Source: Eledone cirrhosa
Lineage: Eukaryota
Length of the DNA stretch: 64,000 nucleotides
NCBI GenBank assembly: GCA_964016885.1
Contig: OZ024742.1
Coordinates: 71,796,001 to 71,860,000 of the forward strand
Direction: 5' to 3'
Part shown: positions 56,301-64,000 of the stretch, one piece after another
Position numbering within the stretch: the first letter of the stretch is position 1
How the letters are laid out: each line of letters starts with the position of its first letter
Notes under the pieces: generated by a model
Told to the model about the DNA's origin: nothing
The model's input: only the letters and a program-made list of their open reading frames with translations
The model's database searches: none
Program-made: the position numbers and the translations under genes

Positions 56301-58022
56301 CTTGCCTCACTGGATATATATATATATATAAATTTGCAGTAGCACTAATACATGTATATACACATACATATAAATATTCATTACATCAACTATGCTGTCA
56401 TATATCCTCAGCCCATAGTGACACCATTTTGTAATATATATTTGGATGTGACAACTTGTCCTCTGGATTGCATGCTCTCCCAATTTTGTATATTCAGAAT
56501 CAAATTACAGTATACTCTTTCACCCTCTCACTCTCTCTCTCTCTATATATATATATACATGTCATCATCATCATCGTTTAACGTCCATCTACACTAGCAT
56601 GGGTAGGACGGGTTGACTCTTAAGGAGAAAATCAGGTCAGAGGACCATGTTTAGCTCATCCGGGGCAGATTTTGGCTTGGTTTCTACAGCTGGATGCCCT
56701 TCCAAATACCAACCACATTTGCAGTGTGCTGTGTGCTTCTGTCATGTAACCTACATAACCACATTAGTGTGGACTGGGCATTTTTTGTTGTGTCGCCAAC
56801 ACGACCACTTTACAGTGGTGACTGACTGCTTTTTTCTTGGAACTAGGGAGAGGTGGAGGAAGCTTGGGGAATTTGCAGAAGTAATAGGGGCGGGATGGTT
56901 ACTGCAAAGGGAGGTGTATGGGAGGGGTGAAGGTTGAAGGTGTTGCCTGGGTGACAGTTTAGCTTGATTTCTATGGAAGGATGCTCTTCCTAATGCTAAC
57001 CACTTCACAGTGTGTACAAGGTGCATTTTCTCATAGCATCTGCACTATGTCATTATTGAGTGCTTAGTGCATCTTATCGTGGCACCAGATGGACCTACTA
57101 ATACTAATATATAAGTTGTTGATTTCAATAGGCTAGGATTGATTAACAGGCCCTGCCTGCAAGGGTTGGATGGATCTTTTACAGCACAGCATCTCTTCAC
57201 TCATTGCATTCCTTTATCATCTCTGTGATTTGGGATCATCTCACAATACCGCTGTCTAGGTTTCCCCTACAGTCTCCTGTAGGACCTTTCTAAACCTTAT
57301 TTAACCAAGAGGTCCTTTAGCTTCCACACCTTCCATCTCCATATTTTCTTGCATGTCTTGTTCTGTCTTTTGTTTATTTTGATGTCACTAATAACTAACT
57401 TGTGCTGAGCAGTGCATTCTTCCTCAGAGAAGGCCTTAGTATTTATTACAGTCCATTTGTGCTGTTGTCTAACTAAACAATTTGACTTGTGTGTCATCTG
57501 ATTGATGTGACTGGTGGCTGGCTGGTTTCCTGAAATTTGTGTTGCAGATGGTTAGTTCAGTGGCATCACAGAATTCCGGGAGTCTCAGCCCCTCTTCATT
57601 CCTTGAGCCATAACCATAGCGACCATGAACTTCAGTGAATCCATTGAAGTCACCTGCCAGGATGATGAAGTCTCTTTATATATATATGATGAAGGACTAA
57701 TGTCCGAAAAGTTGAGACTCTCTTCCTGCTATTTCAAGCGTTAAACTAATATATTCCTTCCATATACTGTACCGTTTCTGTTGTTATTTTTGTTTACCTT
57801 TTACATAATTACATATATATATATATCCTCCTCCTCATCATCATCGTTTAACGCCCATCTTCCACGCTAGCATGGGTTAGACGATTTTGTTCTATTTGAT
57901 GTGGGAATGGTCGGGAGACCGTGTCTTGCTCTTACGGAAGTGTCTCTGGCAGGTTTTTTACAGCTGGATGCCCTTCCTAACACCAACCAGATTTACAGTG
58001 TGGACTAAATATATATATATAT

Positions 58023-61000
58023 ATAGGAACAAGTATGACCCCGACGGCAGAGCTCAAGCTGTTTCGACAGCTAATTCTGGACTAAATAATAATTTTTAGC
58101 CTGGTAAATAAATAGCCGAACTTCTCAGGGGGTAATTCCATATATGAGAAGATAGTAATTGTCAAAAGGATTGGTCAAAAGTTTGTTGTAAAGACAGATG
58201 ATTCTATCATAGCATTTAGTGGGAGGTAGGGGTAGCTGAACTTGCCTGTAGAACAAAGAGGGAGTGGGGGAAACCCAGTCAGGCGTTGAAAGTGAAACCT
58301 ATACAGCAGATTCTAAGGATAGTGTATAGAAGGTCGAAAAGAGTGTACTGGAGAAGAGAGGGGGGGGGTGTGAAAGAATAGGTAAATTGAAAGGGAGTAA
58401 ACAAAAAAGCCATTATAAAAATGAGGAAATAAATATATAAAAAAACAATTTCTGGTTACTACTCCTTCCCCACAATCACCAAATCTCTAATTGGTATTGC
58501 TAAGCTATAGAAAAGTTTAATAGGTGGAGAAAAATACTAAATATGAGATTGTAGTGAAAGAATTTTATAAAGCCATCTTTACAGGGGGTCCAACACCACT
58601 GCTATAGTTAGTAGTAATCAGCCAATGCTGTCTTACAATGACAGGTTAATATGTTGAGGGCAAACATATTAAAAAACTAATACAAAATATTAATTCAGAA
58701 TACTAATACATAAATACTAATACAAGAATGCTAATGCAAAAATACCACTAAGAAATTTAGAAACCACAGAAATGGAGCAGCAACCAGAAAGAAAGCAATT
58801 ATCTGGGGTCTAACACATCTGCTATAAAAAGCGTAATCGGCCAATTCTATCTTAAAATTAGTGGGGTGGGGGTACTGAGGCTACAGAGGACCGATGTGCT
58901 GCATCAGGGTGGGCGAAAAGGTGAAAACAAAAACAAGGAAAGAGATCTGGGATGGAAGGACTAGGAAGAGATGGAGGGAAGAAGGAAATATAGAGGAAAA
59001 GATAAAAAAAATAAAGTTACGTCTACCTTTGTAAGCAGGGGTTACCCCTTACAAAATCGGCAAGTGGGGTGTTTCAGCCCTTGTCTACCCCCCCGGGTCA
59101 TTATGGGGTTTGAGGGCGAGGTAAGTCCTACGCAATCTGTGTTTGCATGCAGTTACCAGTTCGTCTTTCTTGTTTAGGAGTTGGTCCTTCGAAAACAGCA
59201 TTTGTAATGTTTCCTCCGAGCATAAGTTACATGGACGGCGTCCTCCCATGTAAGAGTTAGCTCTGGACAGTAAGCTCCAAGTGAGATTGTAGGTTATATT
59301 ATTATCTTTGAGGTCCCAGATGTGGCCCGAGAGTGTAGTGGCATGACGCCAGGCTGGGTTTCGGAAAGTATGTCTGTGTAGGTAGCGCCGGGTCTTGAAG
59401 TCACAAGCGGTTAATCCTATATAAGCTTTGTTGGAGGTGTCCGTCCTCACGTTGCACTGGTAGATCACATTACGATCTCGGCATCTGTTGTTGAGGGGGC
59501 AAAGGGATCTATCAGGACAGTTACACCTCCCGGTCGGCTCTCCACTGCTGTCTAGGTTATTTCTTCCATAGGGGTTGAGTTTTTTGTTGTTAGAGGAGAC
59601 GATGTTTTGTGCAAAGTTAGGAGAGTTTGATGGTGTTTTTGTTGATTATGTTGTGGTAGCGGTGTTGTAGTGGGAAGTGTTTTTCGATGAGCCTAAAGAA
59701 GATTTTCCCGATAGGTGTTGTCACCTCGGCATTGTGGGGAGGATTGAACCACGTTACGTTGCGTGAGCGGCGGTGTCGCCTGCTGGTTCCGCTAATGGAA
59801 GCTGGATAATAGGATATTTCCTCCCGGAAGCCACTCCGCTTGAGGGCCTGGTTGTAATAAGGTGCATGTTCGTTGAATATCTGCTCATTAGCGGACAAAC
59901 GAGATATGCGGAGGGAGATGTTTTTAACCAGGTTATTGGTGATGTTTCTAGGATGGTTAGAGCGGCGGTGGATGTAATGCAGGTTGTCGTTTGGTTTCCT
60001 GTATGGGTAGTACAGATCATTATTGAGGTTAAGGGTAATGTCCAGGAAGTTTACTCGGGTTAGGGATGTTTGTAGGGTTATTTTAAATCCCCAGTCGCGG
60101 AAGAAGCTGATTAATTGTTTACGGACCCGGTCTGTACTACTGGGGTTGTACCCTTTGAGGGTAAGGAGCCCATCATCACGGTACAATCCACCACCGAATG
60201 CAGGAAACATTTCGGTGAGTTTAAATAGTAGGAATAATCCTATAAGATCTGTGACCTCAGCCGAATTGGTCGCGCCCATACTGACGTCGAAGGGGGAGTC
60301 AGGAGCTCTCTTTATCCATTTGGAGTTGTAGAAAAATAGGACTGTCTTCCTTGCGTGGAGGATGATATTCTTTCCTGGTCGGTGATGGGCGTGAGTGTTT
60401 CGGCAAAGTCCAAGGCGGCCGTAAGGAGCGGTAAGGTAATTGAAGCATAGTAACTCTCTATGTCAAACTAGATGAATTTTGTGTCTCGTTTGTCCTCCAT
60501 ATTGCTGAACCATGAGATTACTTCCTGGGTGTTCACCCATAGGCTAAGTCTCGCGTTTTGCTTAACTTTTGGTATAACGCGGTCTAGGATTTTTTTACTG
60601 ATTCTCCCTATGTTGGACTTCGTTGGGTTTATAAGCCTGATGGATGGTTTACGGTCCAAGTCGGATTTGTGGTCCTTCAGTGTGAAGTAGGGAGTCAGTG
60701 GGTCTAGGGGTTTAGTGCGGTCGGCAACCCCGAGGCTGGAGGTAATTTGTTGTCCATCTCGATTTATGTCCTCGATACTTGAATGGTTAGCCTTTTTATA
60801 GGTGGAGTTTAGGCTGCTCCTGATCAGTGTGTGGTATCTGTCGGGGTTGACGAAGTAGAGGTTTCCAGTTTTGTCCGAGTGCACCATGATGTCGTTGGTG
60901 TTTTCATACCCTGTTAATTTGCTATGGAGTTTTTGTAGGAATCTGTTGTGTCTTGGTTTGAATTTAATGCTCTTGACCAGTTGGAAAAGGTCATTCTCGA

Positions 61001-62152
61001 AGGGTGAGAGCATAGGGTTTGGAGGGGGAGATTTGTAGGTATTAAATCCGAATCTCTCTTTGGTATCGAAGTCCTGATTGTCGCAATATCTGTCGTAGAA
61101 AAAATTTCTCCATCTTAGTCTTTTCGCAAAAAGGTCGATTTTTTGCGTGAGCATCCGAAGGTAAAGTTTTCTCGGTGGAACTGGGATGTTTTTGGTGGAG
61201 AAGTCGATGTTGTGTTTTCACATGGTACGGGTGAAAAAACTTTAGCTTAGCGGAAAATTTTAAGATAGAATTGGCCGATTACGCTTTTTATAGCAGATGT
61301 GTTAGACCCCAGATAATTGCTTTCTTTCTGGTTGCTGCTCCATTTCTGTGATTTCTAAATTTCTTAGTGGTATTTTTGCATTAGCATTCTTGTATTAGTA
61401 TTCTTGTATTAGTATTCTGAATTAATATTTTGTATTAGTTTTTTAGTATGTTTGTCCTCAACTTATTAACCTGTCATTGTAAGATAGCATTGGCTGATTA
61501 CTACTAACTATACCACTGGTGTTAGACCCCCTGTAAAGATAGCTTTATAAATTTCTTTCACTACAATCTCATATTTAGTATTTTTCTCCACCTATTAAAC
61601 TTTTCTATAGCTTAGCAATACCAATTAGAGATTTGGTGATTGTGGGGAAGGAGTAGTAACCAGAAATTGTTTTTTTATATATTTATTTCCTCATTTTTAT
61701 AATGGCTTTTTTGTTTACTCCCTTTCAATTTACCTATTCTTTCACCCCCCCCCCCCCCTCTCTTCTCCAGTACACTCTTTTCGACCTTCTATACACTATC
61801 CTTAGAATCTGCTGTATAGATTTCACTTTCAACGCCTGACTGGGTTTCCCCCACTCCCTCTTTGTTCTACAGGCAAGTTCAGCTACCCCTACCTCCCACT
61901 AAATGCTATGATAGAATCATCTGTCTTTACAACAAACTTTTGACCAATCCTTTTGACAATTACTATCTTCCCATATATGGAATTACCCCCTGAGAAGTTC
62001 GGCTATTTATTTACCAGGCTAAAAATTATTATTTAGTCCAGAATTAGCCGTCGAAACAGCTTGAGCTCTGCCGTCGGGGTCATATTTGTTCCTATTACCC
62101 ACTCTACTACCCTAAGCATACTTTGGTGCGTTCCTTACCACATTTCCTTTGT
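58023..62152 (-). mobile_element. Near full-length Penelope-like element (Naiad-like) with ~835-bp inverted pseudo-LTRs
   Basis: Broken ORF 61223-59085: STKNIP N-terminus, DKTGN, RLINP, MGATNSAEVTDLIG, YRDD, SNHP, WFNPP, IYQC..YIGLT GIY-YIG, CNLC. 58023-58859 is the reverse complement of 61256-62094; (TA)n on both sides. Confidence 0.92.
61985..62080 (+). ncRNA. Hammerhead-like motif in PLE pseudo-LTR (mirror copy at 58038-58133, minus)
   Basis: ACCCC CTGAGAA G ttcggcta...tagccgt C GAAA C...G TC GGGGT; the core deviates from CUGANGA. Confidence 0.6.
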
Positions 62153-63195
62153 TATATATATATATATATATGCATACACATAATGTGAGAGAGATAGAAG
62201 CTGATAACTGACATTGAGACCACCAATATTTTGACGTGTTTTACTTCGCAAGATACTTTTCTTCCTTTGATTGTCTTACTGGAATGGTAAGATGTTCTTC
62301 ATAATTTCCATAAATAGTACTATGACTTTACAATTTTACTCCTCATTGCATACTCCGAAAATGATTTTTAAAACATGGGGGTCCATCTGTGTAAAATAGG
62401 AATTAAAGGGGTCCATAGGTAAAAAATGTCAAAAACCGCTGTGTTAGATGAAAACTTCAGTATACTGGTGAGCCAGTAGTACTTAGTGTATGTTATAATG
62501 CAGTAGTAGAGACAGAAGAGGATATAGTATACCACATCCATTTCCATGTCACAGTACTCTTCTTAATGTTAGAAGTATTTTATACATTTATTTTGTTTTC
62601 ATATTCCTTAACCTTTTGAATGCAATAATTTACAAGAAAGCTTCTTTCAATTAAAGTTATACTTTGAAGAAATCATCCTTCTTCCAAATACACAAAGTTA
62701 AAACTGCAGAAATAAATTATGAAACTTTATTTCCAGATTATTTATTGTAATCTTAATTCAAAGACACTATAGTTCACCAGTTATAAAACACCACATACCA
62801 GAGTCAACTGTTCATAACATCAAAATAGTGACAAATGTCTGTGTAACCAGACTGAGTAATAAGGTTAATCCAAAGTAAATCAGTGGCAAATTAAATGGTA
62901 AATTATTATAAAACTTCATTTTTTATTTACACTTAACTATCTACCAAATAAATGGTAACATTGACACATGTAAATCTCCATTCAGTTTCATTACCATGTT
63001 GTGGAACATTCTGTAATGAAAGTTAAAGAAAATCTCCAGCTCATGTTTTTCTGAGATAAAACAATAAATTTATTATATTTTGAAAAAAGGGCTTTCTCAA
63101 TTTTCTGTCTTGTTATGGAAATATTCATTATATCAACAGTCACATGAGAGGCATTCCATTGTGGTTTCATGAAGTAATAATTTGGACAAATTCTT

Positions 63196-64000
63196 CTAAT
63201 TCTCTTGTTTTATTGGTTCAATTTCATGTACCTTTTGCTTGTGATTAGTTAAAATCTTCTTCTTAGTATAACTTTTACCACAGATATCACAATGATATGG
63301 TTTTACACCTGTATGAGTAAATTTGTGACGATTTAAACTCTGAATAATAGCAAATGATTTGCCACAAATATCACAACAGTATGGTTTCTCACCTGTGTGA
63401 ACAGGTTTATGACGAGTTAAATTCTGATTATCAGCATATGATTTACCACAAATATCACAATGGTATGGTCTTACACCAGTGTGAATTCGTATATGGATTG
63501 TTAAATGACCTTTCTGAGAGAATGATTTGCCACAGATATCACAGTGGTATGGATTATCTCCTGTATGAATACGTACATGTTGAGTTAAATGAGAATTCTG
63601 AGAGAATGTTTTACCACAAATATCACAGCGGTATGGTTTCTCACCAGTGTGCATACGAATGTGTGTAGTTAGTTTATCACTATTAGAAAATCTTTTCCCA
63701 CAGACATCACAGGGGTATGGTTTATCTCCAGTGTGAAGTTGTTTGTGACGAGTTAACTTATTATATTCAGAGAAAGTTTCTCCACAGATATCACAATGAT
63801 ATGGTTTCTCACCAGTGTGAATACGTCTATGTATAGTCATACCACCTCTCCCAGAGAATGCTTTCCCACAGATATCACAATGGTATGGTTTTTCAATGGC
63901 ATGAGTGTATTTGTGTCTTTTCAAATAAGAACTTCGGGCAAATGTTCTACCACAAACACCACACTGATATGGTTTCTCTTCAGTGTGAATATGCATGTGA
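63196..64000 (-). CDS. C2H2 zinc-finger protein, 5' part outside the window, 9 fingers visible; close paralog of 46574-47833
   Basis: Open frame to the window edge; identical C-terminus [19 protein letters not shown]; shared 3' UTR. Confidence 0.9.
   Translation of the reverse strand, partial: HMHIHTEEKPYQCGVCGRTFARSSYLKRHKYTHAIEKPYHCDICGKAFSGRGGMTIHRRIHTGEKPYHCDICGETFSEYNKLTRHKQLHTGDKPYPCDVCGKRFSNSDKLTTHIRMHTGEKPYRCDICGKTFSQNSHLTQHVRIHTGDNPYHCDICGKSFSQKGHLTIHIRIHTGVRPYHCDICGKSYADNQNLTRHKPVHTGEKPYCCDICGKSFAIIQSLNRHKFTHTGVKPYHCDICGKSYTKKKILTNHKQKVHEIEPIKQEN

Noticed and set aside
59085-61223. Selenoprotein-type Naiad PLE (in-frame UGA recoding)
   Set aside because: Conserved Cys positions checked (CNC..CPL..C) use TGT/TGC. 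The breaks are a TAG and frameshifts, and the only TGA seen follows the first ATG. No SECIS recognised

Overview
AT-rich, repeat-dense animal genomic DNA, most likely from a coleoid cephalopod such as Octopus (inferred from the [16 protein letters not shown] finger style, the SINE types and the (TA)n tracts). The backbone is a tandem cluster of five minus-strand C2H2 zinc-finger loci: two intact, one intact but cut by the window end, and two pseudogenes. No KRAB domain is recognisable, and the loci share paralogous 5' non-coding exons and 3' UTRs. The spaces between them hold CR1/L2-like, RTE and CRE-like LINEs, two Penelope-like elements (PLEs, Naiad-like), Gypsy-type LTR remnants, DD37D and mariner transposons, a Merlin derivative, a Helitron and two SINE families. 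The most striking signal is absent from the ORF track: a group of non-coding ~315-530 nt repeat units sitting in (TA)n microsatellites, each carrying a minimal type I hammerhead ribozyme motif. They occur as tandem, circularly permuted and head-to-head inverted arrays, the same architecture as the hammerhead-bearing PLE at 58-62 kb. This points to several retrozyme-like (putatively circular RNA) families mobilised by PLE machinery. All coordinates and pairings were read by eye; no folding, alignment or database search was run.
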